From the NCBI RefSeq assembly GCF_021869535.1, contig NW_026262637.1, positions 1,736,001-1,800,000 of the forward strand: a DNA stretch of 64,000 nt, given 5' to 3'. Positions 26,836 through 40,524 of the stretch are shown here, in pieces; positions within the stretch are counted from its first letter, which is position 1, and every line of letters begins with the position of its first letter. The notes beneath the pieces are model-generated. The model saw only the letters and a program-made list of their open reading frames with translations. It searched no databases and was not told the origin of the DNA. Source of the stretch: Mytilus californianus. Lineage: Eukaryota. A program made the translations under genes and the position numbers.

Positions 26836-27558
26836 GTAAGTTGTTACAAATAATATTATATCAAAAATTAGAACTTAACAGAATTCACATATTTTTTCAC
26901 GAGTCTTTGGCGTAATGCCAATTCATGATCTAATCTGCGAAATATATATATATATATAAATATGAAAAAGGTGAAAAATATAATAGAAATAAAAAATAAA
27001 CACAAAATCATGTTGTAACGTTTATTTTAAAGCGAGAATGAAGAACTTGCCAAAGACAATAACCGATATAATATTTTATTTGGAGATCAGTTTTTTAAGG
27101 TGCAATTTTGTGTTTTGAACGGTGATAAATATACATTGTTTTTATATTTGAGTTTATTCTTTTGTAGATTTAGTAAAAAGTAAAATAACGTAAATACCAA
27201 ACTCCGAGGAAAATTAAAAACGGAAAGTCCCTAATCAAATGACAAAATCTAAAGCTCAAACAAACAAGCTAATGGATAACAACTGTCATTCCTGACTTGG
27301 TACAGGCATTAACATATGTGATATGGTCCTCGAAGTTTCTATTGTTGAGACATTAACTCTTTGTAGTAATTTTTAGTGGAGGGTTTATTATTTTTATTAT
27401 TATCAGTCTTCGTGTTGTCCAAACTTTAGTTTTCTATGTTTTGTTTTGTGTTCTGTTGTGAGCATGTTGGTCTTTTCATTTTTAGTCATGACGTTGTCAG
27501 TTTATTTTCGACTTATAATTTTGAATGATGCTTTGATATTGTTTTTTTTTTTTTTTTT

Positions 27559-27873
27559 AGTAATTTGAAGTTATTAATATTCTCATAATAACGTTAACGG
27601 TAACAATGTTACTGCACCAGTAAACTTCATCGTATTTTGATTGTTTTTGTTTGTTTCAAAATTCAACTTTTAGTCAGTTTAAATCACAATTTTTTTCAAG
27701 CTGATACATCGGCTACGGGGCATTTGTAACTCATTTATAGAATCCCTTTGTTTTGAACTGTAAGATGGCCTAAACAATAGGATAATCCCTTACTAAGAAC
27801 AAAATTTCATTCATGCTTCACAATTAAGAAACACCAAATCCTACAATTTCATTGGTCGAGAGCACTTTGCTAT
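27559..27873 (+). repeat. Direct duplication, second copy at 28290-28614
   Basis: AGTAATTTGAAG..ACTGCACCAGTA..TTGTAACTCATTTATAGAA..GGTCGAGAGCACTTTGCTA occurs twice, about 730 bp apart. Confidence 0.8.
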
Positions 27874-30194
27874 ATTCCAGGAAAAGGTGTATACTATGAA
27901 ATTAAGATGGGCAAGCCCCTCGCTCTAAATTTCATAGTATATACCTTTTCATAGACTAACCTAGACTTATATCTTTTTTCATTTAGCTTAAATCAATAAA
28001 TACATTTGAGTTACAACTCATTTTATTTCACAGCCAATATTTTGGTCCGGCTTTTTAAATTTCATTATGTCAGGGGAATGTTCATATAAAATGCCTTTAA
28101 AAGTTTTAAATATATTCAAAACTTATATTAAATTCCTATTTTTTTTTTATCGGAATATTTGAAATAACTATTCTTCCCAACCGCTAGTCCAGTAATCAGA
28201 GTTTTGAAAAGCTAAAGATTCAGGTTATTTTTTTATTTTAAAACTTTTTTTTTCTTTTCTTGTATTGTTTTGATATTGTTTAATTTTTCAGTAATTTGAA
28301 GGTATTATTGTTTTCATAATAACATTAAAGGTACCAATTTTACTGCACCAGTAGACTTCAACTTATTTTGATTTTTTGTTTGTTTGTTTCACAACTCAAC
28401 TTTTAGTCAGTTTCAATCACTGTGTGATAAATCCTTTCAATCGGATAAATGTGCTTCGGGACATTTGTAACTCATTTATAGAAACTCTATGTTTTGAACT
28501 GTAAATAGACCCAAATAATAGGATAATCCCTAACTAAGAACATGATTTACATTCATTCTTCACAATTAAGAAACACCAAATCCTACAATTTCATTGGTCG
28601 AGAGCACTTTGCTATCTTCTAAGATACCTGGGACGATCTTATTTTGTAAAGAATATCTTTTGTTTACTAATTGTACCTCGAACAAGCGTTATTCAATTGT
28701 AAATTCATGTCGTTTTGTTTTTGGCATTCGTCTATCGATGAGAAAAAAGGGGGCTCAATAGCTTACGATTTTAATCATAGTTCAACTTTTACCTAATAGG
28801 GCATACTATACGTTTTTCGTCTAGCCAACGCTCTATTTTAATAAATTGTCACTCTAAAATTGTTTTCATTTGCTTCAGGACGTTCAACTTTGCATCTTGT
28901 CGTGCATACGAATGACATATCTGCCACTTGACATTAAATGAGCAATCAATTAAATTAAACCAGCTTCATTTAGTGAGGTATAATCATTAGTCTTCAGTTG
29001 ATAATCGTCTCAAACACTTTTTAAAATTTATGTATTTGTTTTTTATTTATATGATTTTTTTAGCGTAAATTTTAGCATTTCTTTCCTCATTTTTCTCTTT
29101 GCATTTAAATTCTTTTTACATTAAATAAGGTAGTCCACATCATGAGTTAAATTGTATCCTATCCAAATAAATTAGACGGAGGTGACTAGAACAGAGTTTT
29201 TTTTCATGGAGTGGACATGTATTGAAGCGAACAACAACGAGAGTCTCGTCTAGGTGACAAAATTTGCTGTTTCAAGTTTTATTTTATATCTGGTATTGTT
29301 GTCATAAAAGCAAAAATTGGATAAAAAATTGATGTTATATAAGGATTAAATTTATTTAAGCCGTTTCATTTTTTTAAAGATATTCTCTTACTAATCGGAT
29401 TTGTTATTTAATGTTTTTTTCCATCTACAATTGTCCTTACAAAAGCGCCAAAAAGTGTTAAAATCAGTCATTTGACTTATTTGAAGATTTAGCTGACCGT
29501 TGTTGTTGTTTAGAGATTACAATCAATTAACTTTTGCGTAGATCGTATTTCTCCTTCAAAGGGTTATTCAAATGTTTCTTTAACGTTTATATAGCGTGAA
29601 GCTCTCACTAAACCGACATCGGATATATACGACATTTCTATTTCGACCGGACCAAGCTGCATATGTATACATCCGAACAGCAAACGGAAGTACCCCTTAT
29701 TCATTTGGTGTAGCAAGCTTAAGGATATACTGTCGGACGGGAGAAGTCGAGAGATGTCAACAATATTTCTATACTCAAGTCAATACTTGAGTTTAAATGA
29801 AAGGATATAAAGATATACATTGATCCGACAACAACCCAACGACACAGACAAATCAAAACATTAAGAGTTACCATACAGTCTTTTGAAGTAGAAAGATGCC
29901 TATACGGAATAATAAGCTCAAAACCGCCTTATGACTAAAACATACGGACTTAATTACTAATATTTACTGTCAAAGATATCTAACCAAACACATTTGATTT
30001 AATAGCATTTACCGGCAAAGATTTCCCAGCAGATTGTTTGGTTGAACAATATCACCTGCCTTGTTTTTAATTTCGATCGATGGTAATTAAAGAAGTGTTG
30101 ATATAAACCAGTAGAAGAAAAACACTTCACTGTATATTAACGGAAATATAAATGATGATGATGGATGACGTCCAGCGGCAAATTAAATGCATAT

Positions 30195-30470
30195 TCAGGA
30201 CGGTAACATGTAAATATAATATGAATATCAACCTTGCTTTGTACTAAACCGACACGCTGAGCAGGATGTTTTAAGTGTAAATTCGCAAGCTAACAGTTCG
30301 TAGGAAGGAAAGTCACCCTTCCCGGACATATTTCTGACTCCGTTCTCTTACTCTTAAATGCTGCGTGTTAAGCGTTAAGCAATTTTAGAGTCTTTGTTTG
30401 ACCCAATCGGGATTCAAACCAACGACCTCCCTCTCTCGAGGCAAACACACTCCCATGAGACTAACAAGGA
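30195..30470 (-). mobile_element. tRNA-derived SINE, decayed
   Basis: Minus strand reads a tRNA-like head with a B-box-like GGTTTGAATCCC, then GGGTCAAACAAAGACTCTAAAATTG..CACGCAGCATTTAAGAG, resembling the central domain of mollusc SINEs. Superfamily not assigned. Confidence 0.6.
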
Positions 30471-31726
30471 GAGTGGTAGTATAGAATATTATACCAAAAA
30501 CTCAAGTACAATAAACAATACAGTTTCATGAATTCTCACAGTAACTAAAGTGAGCTGAAAGTACCTAACCTAAATTAAATGCGTTATATGATATTGGTAC
30601 CTACACGTAAATATCGATGACCGTCTTCACTGTTTATTTCATAGAATAAAGCTCTCTGCAAATTAGAAGAAAACTCTTGCACCAATTATTTGAGGGGCCC
30701 AGTTTGGCCCGCAGTTGCAAGGCTAAATTTCTGTCCTCATTCAATATACCCTCATTGGTGTTCCAAGTTTCACGTCCATCCAGTCTGTCGAACTCCTATT
30801 GCAAGACCTACCTATTGTTTTTAAAATTTATGTGTTGTCGTCATGGACAAACATGTGCATGAACTATTTGCCACTGGACATAATGCAAACAACAATCTTT
30901 AAACTTCATGAATTATTCCATGTTCATAAACACGAAGATAAGATCATGTGTACATATCACAGTAGGTATAGTGTCCTGCTAGGATCGTGGTTTTTCGAGT
31001 GAATCGGTCCATTTTTTTCGAGTGTAGATCGGGTTTTTGCGAGTGATAAAACATGCGATAAGGTCAATTACCTGCTATTTCGTAATTATAATAGTTTTTT
31101 ACACGACTACCCATCTTATTTGGAATACTATACATGTTTTGAGCAACAAAGAAGCACAATATCCTTGTATTTAACCAATAAATTCAGTGTTTAATATTGT
31201 CTGGGTTTTTTCGAGAGCAACTGTGAAACCGTCCTGATTTTTAAACAAATGGTCCGTTTTTTTTTTTTAAGATAATCTTAATAAGAAAAAAGGTATTCTC
31301 GACTTAAAAAAAAAGATTTTTCTAGTTTATAACTGTAAATAAGTGAAGAACAATATCATATATTCCAAACAAATCACCAAAACATATTACTACGATGATC
31401 AAAATTAACCTTTTCAATTTAGTGCATATTTTCGGAAAATGTTCTACCACAACTTTCCAGTGTTAAATTAGAAATTACTTGATCCTTTATAAAACAGTCT
31501 CTAAAACATATTACAGGGACTCATAATCTTTTCAAGTTCATTTCATGCTACTTTTGTTTTTACAGTTAATAATATTTTTTTGTGGTGAACCCCGGAGATT
31601 TTAAAAAGCAGAAAGAAACTTACTGGAAAGCAGTGAAGAATCAGAAAAATACTACATATAATAAAGAATATCCTACTAAAAGAGGCCTGCCCCCGCAAAA
31701 ATAAAATCCATGAATAATAATAATAA

Positions 31727-31760
31727 AACACACACACACACACACACACACAAATACACA
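31727..31760 (+). repeat. (CA)n microsatellite
   Basis: Directly visible. Confidence 0.9.
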
Positions 31761-34700
31761 CTTAATCCGCCCCATTATTATTCCCATTGCCATTAAATTT
31801 TAATTAAATTTCATATGTAACTAACAATGAAATGAATAGTTCATCAGCTTAACACTATATGTATGAACGTCTCAAACCAAATAGTCTATGCTTACATTAG
31901 ATTGTTGACATCACGAATATATACTGTACATGTAATTAATAAGATATGACAAACAACAATATATACAAATGAACGATACTTGCTTTAAAATGTAAGTGTG
32001 AGTACACCATTATCAAACTGATGAATGCATTGGTTTCGTGTCTTGAAAAGTACTTAATTTGAACCTTTTGTTTATTGTTTTTGAACGTAAATACACTGAC
32101 ACATAACATTTTAAGGTAGAGGAAATTTGTATAATTACTCGATAAAACACGGACGCTCTCGAAAAAACCCGAACTTCTCTCGAAAAAACCCGGATATGTA
32201 AAAATGAATTTAGTCTCAAAATTTTCAATGCAAATACAAGAATTTTTGTAAAGTGTCTGTATATCTAAGTATATATAGATTCCGTGTTTTTTTTAAAGGT
32301 TTTTATGCTTCATTTACACGTGAAAAGGGAATGACGAAAGGCTAAAACAAAAGTGTTTGTTTTCATATAATACATTGTATTTCAATTTAAGAATGATGAT
32401 CAGCCTTGCAAAAATATCTCATCTATACACGTTGTGATCGAACCACAAAAACCAACATCACTTGATGCTAAAGATGTTTAGTTTAGGCTATTAAAACGAT
32501 TTTATTCTTTAAAATTTACAGGCGTAGTTTTTAATTTAAAAAAAACAAACAAAACAAGATTTATTAATTAATTTGACTGAACAGACAACACTAATTATTT
32601 TGCATTTGCACGTAACGCCGTGTAGGAAAATTAAAGAAGCAAAACCAAAATAAACATTTATCTGACCCTATACATCTAGGTCTGTTCGATTAAAAGCTGT
32701 GAAACTATCTATTTAAATATCTAATTGTTGGAAGAGTTTACCTACTGTTTTCATATGGTCTGGTCTTTGCGAGTTTACTTCATGATTACTGACAAATTAG
32801 AAACATCAAATATATATAACAAGAAGTTTTAGTGCAGACCATTCATTGGTCAGTTGTAAATGAGGTCGGTATAGGGTTTTGTTTTACTCATTTATAAAAT
32901 AAAAAATCCTTATTTTGAAAAGTTGGATTCAAAAATATAGATTTACCCTTAAATTTTATAAAACTATCCTATGGTGTTATTTTAATGCTTAAACATAAAT
33001 AGATAAATATTTAAATCATGTACTGCTATTTAATCGGTCCGTTTCCGCAGCAATTAGATAACTGTTATTTGTAGAGATCAGTCTGAGTACTGTTTAACTA
33101 TCATTTAAGTTGAATATATGTAGACTCGTCCATTTCAAGGGAATTAGACTTCTGCAAGTGGTTTCTTTGTGTACTTTTCTTGTGTTTTTGACGGTTTGTA
33201 AGTCAGTAAAAGTTCAATGATTAAGTTGATTTTGATATTAAAAGACCGCCTCACAAAAAGAACTCCTTCGGGCTCGGGGATCTCAACATCCCTTTTTGTT
33301 CGAAGGTCTTTTAATATCAATATTAACTTATCATTGAACTTTTACAATTACTTACAGTTGGGATGTCACATCCTCAATTTTTACAGTTATGTTGTTTAAA
33401 GGCCTGTTAAATATTCTTATATTTTGCTACTACATTTACACCATTAACCCATGATGGGGAAGGTTTAAGTGCTCACATCTTTCGTTTGTCCCTGTCTTAT
33501 TTTTTTAAGAGTTTGCAATTTTGTTGTATGTTTTTTTTTATCATTAATAAGCCATCTTGACATTTTGTTTGAAGTCTTTAACATTTTTAGTTGGTACTGT
33601 TTGATGACAATATGGTATGAATTTTGCTCATTATTAAAGGCCATACGTTAAATTATAGCGACTCAAATCCAAGTCATTTTGACTATGATGCCTCATCTCC
33701 TTATTTATATATATGTGATAACCACTATTTCAAGTTCGACGGTGCGTTGTTGGCAAAAAATACCTGATGAAATGATTTTTTTCTTCTGCTTTTTCAATTG
33801 ACACTTGCAAGCTCCATCCGTTTACAAGACATCTGCTAACTGCAACGAAAATCAAACAGTTCTTGTCAAATCATTTCCGGATACTTCATGAAGTCATCAA
33901 AAACATCGCTGTATCTAGTGACGCATCTGAGAAGAATTCCTTGAGAAATAGAATAATGTTTTTTTAAAGAAAAGACTACACTCCAATAATTTACAAATAC
34001 TCGTACGGAACTACAGAACAGAAAGTATCAAATGATATCGTCATAAAATTATGAGATTTTTATTAACGATAAATAGAAAGATTTCTCTTGAAATAGAATA
34101 ATCAGTAGAAAACATGTAAACAATCATCACTTTCTCTTGCAACAATAGAAACGATTCCTCTGTTCTTCTATTTGAACAATGGTGAATTACACTACCGCTC
34201 AACCCAATACAAAATCTAAATACTCACAAAGAGTACAGTCAGTACATTTAATCGATATGCGGGTAATACAGACGTTAGTGTCAGCCTTAATTGAACAAAA
34301 AAATAATGAGTGTAGCAATAACCATTATCATAGTACTTCAAACTGCAAGCACTCATTGATATGTTTAATGAGTTATCAATGTTTGGTTTGATTTATATAA
34401 TATATGTACAGTACACGTTTTTGGTTATTGGATATGTTAAGATAGTATCTCATTGGCATATACTCCACACCTCTTTGTATCAATAAACGTGAATTGGTGA
34501 TATCACATTAAATTGAAAACTTATAAGACTAAAACAAGAGCAAAATCAAATGTACTAAGAGGGAATTGTTATATATCTTTATTAGATTTGAACATATTAA
34601 AACTACCTGTGGGTCTTTCAACAACAGCACTTAAATAATAATAAAGCTGCGTCATCTTTCACCATCATGGCCATATCAAGTGAACTAATGTTATGGATAA

Positions 34701-35653
34701 GCAATTACGACTGCTACAGCTAAAACCATCTATGAACTACACTTTACAACGCATTGGAAAATTGTTTATCTAGTTTTAAAAACACAAAGACACTTAATTC
34801 GAAGACAAACGTAGTTAGATTTGACATACTCAGAATCCTTCTAAAATCATCAGACAAATTAAAATATAAAGTAAAATAACAAAAATACCGAACTTCGAAG
34901 AAAATTCAAAACGGAAAGCCCATTATCAAATGGCAAAACATTCACCTTAGCACAATAACACAATGACGGGATGTATAAGTACAGATTCACATTAGTTCAC
35001 TTGATATGGCAATGATGGTGAAATATGACGCAGCTTTATTATTTTAAACCCATAAAACGCCAACTTTTAACGACACACCTCACAGACAGCAGTATACACC
35101 AAAACTATGGAGTTTGTGAAACCAATCAGAATATATATCTGACAAATTGACCCGTACCGAAATCAATTCTATTTGTTAGGAAACTCAACTGAAGAAAACC
35201 AAACCCTGACAGGTATCACCAACAGCAGAGATTATTCTGCTTTTAATGAATGTTCCCTCTTTTTTAACTAAGATACAATTGGTGTGTGTAACTCTGCTGT
35301 TCATGAATTGACTCCTCACTTGAAATACCTATTATTTCATATTTCAATTGAAAAACGCAAATTCATTTCATTTTAAAAAGTATAACAAAACTACCGACAT
35401 CCAAGGAAAATTCATGAAGGGGAGAGGTCCATAACAACAAAACAACTAACAAACAAAAAACAAACAAATATGACTAACGACATATACAGTCCGGACATGC
35501 ACATAAAGAATGGGGCGGGTTCAAATATGTTTGTGAGCGCTCAATCCTCCCTGAGCGCACGATATTTATACATCCATAACAAGAACAAAATACTGGTGTT
35601 ACATGTTGAGTCAATGTTTGCAAGAAATATTTAGACATGCATTACTATTTTAG

Positions 35654-35915
35654 AATATCAATGAGGTCATACAGAATCAAATGATTTCTCAAGAGGAAAT
35701 AAAATGTCTGACCATAAATGTCGAACAACTTTCACAAAACTGTAAGAGAGACAACAAAAATATGTTGAATCACGTAGCAGAATCAGCAAAAACTATTGTT
35801 GATTTACATCAAGACGCGGTTCATCAAGTGTCAGCACAAGTAGCTAAATGCCATATCGAAGAGATAGAATTCATTAAAGATCAGAATAAAGCTGTCATCG
35901 AGTCATCTGAAAAAG
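35654..35915 (+). CDS. HEPN-TIR-like gene exon, helical/coiled-coil segment (NINEVIQNQMISQEEIKCLTINVEQL...SSEK)
   Basis: Acceptor CTATTTTAG, donor AAG|GTAAAA. Phase 0 in, phase 1 out; open frame. Confidence 0.8.
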
Positions 35916-35989
35916 GTAAAATCTCATCAATAATACCAAACTTATCTTTTGGCACGCAATATATGTTTCCGTCTACATGATACTCATTA

Positions 35990-36300
35990 GTTGCAATTTA
36001 AGCAAAACATTAAGCAGACTGAATGAAATACGAATATGACAATTATATGATGCAGTATTAGCAGATTTCATAGGCATTTGATCAGTAGTTGTTATTTGTA
36101 TGTAATAATCAAAAACATACTGAATTCTCTGAAAAGCTTCTGTAAAGCTTCTGAACAGCACTTGAAAGATAATAGAATGATCTGTTGGTATTTCTCTTCG
36201 AAACTCAACATATACTCCCGAGACGCTTAAGTTTAAAATAGAAGTGAAGGAAGCTGTATCTGTGGTTTCTTTAATCTCTACTTCATGAAAATGAAAATAT
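35990..36300 (-). mobile_element. Decayed Penelope-like RT fragment
   Basis: EVEIKETTDTASFTSILNL matches ELEIKETTDTVKAASYLDL in the other copies. Confidence 0.55.
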
Positions 36301-37153
36301 ATTGATGGAAAGACATGGGAAAAAAGCAATAACGTGTTAACTAATAGAACATTATCATTATACTTGTATGTGAAATCAAATGATCTTGGTTATTCGGTTT
36401 TCTTGTTTTTACAAGTGATTAAATGAACTCCGACCCATATAGAATAATAAAAGATCGGACACTCGTCACCAAACAAATAGTTAGGCACAGACGAAATACT
36501 TGAAGGACAAAGTGTAAAAAATATAAATGAACAAAATTAGCATTACAACCATGAAACACATAATGTAAGATATCGTTTGTTATTATTTTCGTGCAGTTTG
36601 CAATATGCATGTCGTACAAGAGCGATAATGACTAGACTTGTTTTCTTTTAAAAAAAATATTAGTGTTAAACTCATTAAAAAGGTTGGTGTGAAATATCCT
36701 TTTGTCACTAATTTCTTACAGTTGGCATCATATTTTTTTCATTTATATCATTTGCTTCAATTATCAATCGTTAAATTTGTAATATTTGGGACCTATTTTG
36801 ACAGTTATATCCCTGCTGTAAAAGTTTAGAGGTTGGTTTTGAAAAATAGAAATAAGAAGATATGGTATAATTACCAATGAGACAATACTCGTTCAGGAAA
36901 CAAATAACATAGAAGTTAATTGTCGCCATACGGCCTCAGACAATCACCAAAACCCATATCGCATGGTCAGCTATAAAGACCAAGAAATGACAACTGTAAA
37001 ACGAGAAAAATTACAAACAGATATATGTACAAAACTATGAACGAAAAACGAACAGGATATTCAGCAACAACTGACAACCACTGACTTGGGACAGGTACAT
37101 ACAGAATGTGACGGGGTCAAACATGTTTAGGGCCGCACAATCCTAAACGAACC

Positions 37154-38289
37154 TTTTTTTTTTTTATAATTCTTTATTTTTTTTTTCAACTCATACAATA
37201 ACTATAAGCATTTTTTCTATCAAAGAAGAATACAATACATGTTTATTTATTTTGACCTGTCAGTGTCAGCGCTTCTATTAACATCCCCCTTCACATACAA
37301 AAAAAAACTAAAAAAACAACAAAAAAAACTAAACAAACAAACAAACAAACAAACAAAAAATCCAAAAAAAAAAAATTAGCTTATATTCATATATGATTGA
37401 ATTGATATTAAAAGATTATTATTATTATTGATGCAACATAGTTATTCTATTCGTACATGTATTCATAAAGAAAATTATATATATAGGGACATACATTTGT
37501 ATTTTGTTGTTATTTTCTTTTCCCGACAATATCTGAAAATCATATAAAAAACAGTATTTTAACTCCTATTATCATAACATAGTAACCCACATTTAATTCT
37601 TACATACATATATATAATATCTATAGGATGCAAACTAACCACTGTCCAATTGTGATGTGCATCCAATTGTGTTACACATTTATTTTCAGTTAAGTATGAG
37701 TTATCTTTCTTGTATCATAAAATTATTTGTTGAAATGGTTCCTATTTTTTTTTCTTTTTTTTCACCTATTGCAGGAGAAATGTGAAAGGTGGAAGATAGT
37801 TTTTCAATAATATAATAATTTTTCAATTTCTTTAGTGCAATCTTAACACAAGGTAACAGTGAGTTCAATCTACAAAAATAAATATAGTACTTCAAGAGAA
37901 CAGTGAAAAAATTTCCATAGATATCTATAATATCTGATCCCAAGAGGATGTTTTGTTTTGATCATTTGTGCATAAAATTCTGTGCAGAATTTTGTATTGA
38001 AAACTGATCAATTTATTACTCAAAGAACACTTGAAGGGATGCATATAGAAAAGATCCCAATGACCTATTTCCATAAGCAAAATTTCTTTCTATTTATTTT
38101 GTTATTTTATGGGGTTTTCATGTAGACACAAATAATTTATAAAAATATAGGCATGATTTCTGATTTGTTTTCAAATAGTCTAAATTATCGCAAGTGATGT
38201 TGATTTTCTTTTCACAGTTTTTGATGTGGTCCTTCCAACTACTTGGGATCATATGATATATACCATAGAATTAAAGAAAATTTGTATTA
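37154..38289 (-). mobile_element. L1/Tx1-clade LINE, 3' part with polyadenylation signal and poly-A tail
   Basis: Minus strand reads FYGIYHMIPSSWKDHIK and VLLKYYIYFCRLNSLLP..LKNYYIIEK, then AATAAAGAATTAT(A)12 ending at 37154. TSD AATCCTAAACGAA at 37139-37151 and 45626-45638. Confidence 0.8.
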
Positions 38290-39849
38290 TTATTGATGCG
38301 CAATGATTAGAAACACGGTATTGGCAGTATTTGGCCACAGCTTTATTATAAAATTATAAACACATATAACTAGGTAAACAGTTAAGATATATATATGTAT
38401 AGTAAATAGATATTTAAATGAACGTAGTCACCTTTCATATTGGCAAACTACGACACGATAACTAGATATTAACTAAATAGATAAATAATTAAGATATATA
38501 ATTTATATAGTAAATAGATAATTAATTAAACGTAGTCACCTTTCATATTGGCAGACTACAAAAAGATAACTAGATAACTAATTATTTACAATAAATGAAG
38601 TATCCAATTAATAGAATCCTGGGAAACAGAGATTTGTTAATTTTTGTGTGGTGGTCCTGGGATACAGAGACCCACAATATCAAATGTTTTGGATGCTAAA
38701 TGAAATATGACGCCAAATAAGCATATTTAAAGGAAACGCAGCGAAATGTGCCCGTAACTAAATATCACTACGGAATGTTCATATAAACCGGCACATTCAA
38801 AAATTGTTCTTCCATGATACATGTACGAACGAAGTCACAGATTACTGTATTTATAAATGTCTAAGAATGAATAGTCTTAAAACACAACACACGTTGAGAT
38901 GGCATAGCTATACTAGCAAACAACGTACAAGTACACTGTAGATAATAATCTGATGTTCCACATATACTGCTTAGTTGACGGTTCATCCAAACTGTTGTAC
39001 AAGGATCATCCTGAAAAATATAGTAAAGACACAGCAAAAATATATTCATGATATATTATGCTAGGTAGTATAAGTCATAGTGGTGGGTGGGTGGGTCTTT
39101 AAATCACCAAATAATATTTCGTCTGTTTCTTTCAAATGTCGGAATGAAAAAGATCGCGTACGCAGTCATATTGCGCATTGACAAACATACATCTGATAGC
39201 CTACATTTAATAGAGGTGAAACAGCTAATCACACAAGTAATCTATGCTTACACTAATTACCGAATTTATGCTGAATCATAAATTCTATCATTATTGATAA
39301 ACAATGATTAGAAACACGGTATTGGCAGTATTTGGCCACAGCTTTATTATAAAATTATAAACACATATAACTAGGTAAACAGTTAAGATATATATATGTA
39401 TAATAAATAGATATTTGAATGAACGTAGTCACCTTTCATATTGGCAAACTACGACACGATAACTAGCTAACTAAATAGATAAATAATTAAGATATATATA
39501 TAGTAAATACATAATTAATTAAACGTAGTCACCTTTCATATTGGCAGACTACAAAAAGATAACTAGATAGATAACTAGATAACTAATTATTTACAATAAA
39601 TGAATCCTGGGAAACAGAGATTCGTAAATTTTTGTGTGGTGGTCCTGGGATACAGAGACACACAGTATCAAATGTTTTGGATGCTAAATGAAATATGACG
39701 CCAAATGACGAATATTTAAAGGAAACGCAGCGAAATGTGCCAAATTGACCAAGACAGTCATAAATGACTGTCAGGTCAACCTCCATTAAAAGCGGATAGA
39801 GCTGCGTAGAAGCTGTGAACCAAATACAATATAAAGGACTCATATATTT

Positions 39850-40420
39850 AAACCCTAACAATAACTGAATTCTAATGAATATCCTGCAATTTCTTAATAC
39901 ACATTGTGGAAAGTATGTGGTGTGTAGACAAGAAAGGCTTCTAGCGCGCCTTGAAATGTGGTAGCAAAATGTATTACCAATATGAGTCAAATGTTCACCA
40001 TCTTGGCATTTAAATATGGAATTGGGAGATACATCAGAGTATCGTATGTATTGATTGCAATATCCCCCTTGACGAATGATCAAACTAGCCAGCCAGCTGA
40101 TTATCATCTTTCTGGTTCTAATCATTGTTTCTGTTACTACGGAATAATGTCATGTTTATTTGGCAAACTTAAGACCACAACAATCTGATATTCAGTAAAA
40201 GAACAGAAACTATATTCACAGTTTTTTCCCACATCTTATATGTTATACTCCTGTCGTATTGTCAACTCAATCAATTCCGCATATCTGCATATGTGTAAAA
40301 TGAGAGATATTGAAAACCGAATTCCAGTTTAATCTTGTACAAGATGAATGACACCTGGTTTATTCCGAGCTTGAATAAATTCGTTTTCTACAAAGGTGGA
40401 AACCAAACTCTAATGGCTAC
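39850..40420 (-). pseudogene. SGNH/GDSL-hydrolase-like relic downstream of YR
   Basis: FIQARNKPG..HL, RTRKMI.SWLAS.II.QGG..IRYSD, DGEHLTHIGN (39973-40002; block V DxxH) and FQGALEAFL after a frameshift. This explains ORF-track entry 39583..40125. Confidence 0.65.
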
Positions 40421-40524
40421 TGGCGAACCTGCTAATTTTACATAACGGCTAGTATTACTAATGTAATTGCAAGTTCTAAACATAAAATTAGAAAAAATTC
40501 AAACAGTTATACCCATTGTTGTAT

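Noticed and set aside
30380-30470. tRNA gene
   Set aside because: Only a decayed tRNA-like SINE head; no complete cloverleaf.
33765-33946. Minus-strand exon-like segment with AG/GT ends
   Set aside because: Stops in all frames and no recognisable domain.
39583-40125. 180-aa ORF as a host gene or a second tyrosine recombinase
   Set aside because: Its motifs (GG..IRY, DGxHL..GN) fit the SGNH relic of the Ngaro element better, and the 3' part runs into repeat B1. The real YR motifs are at 40525-42260.
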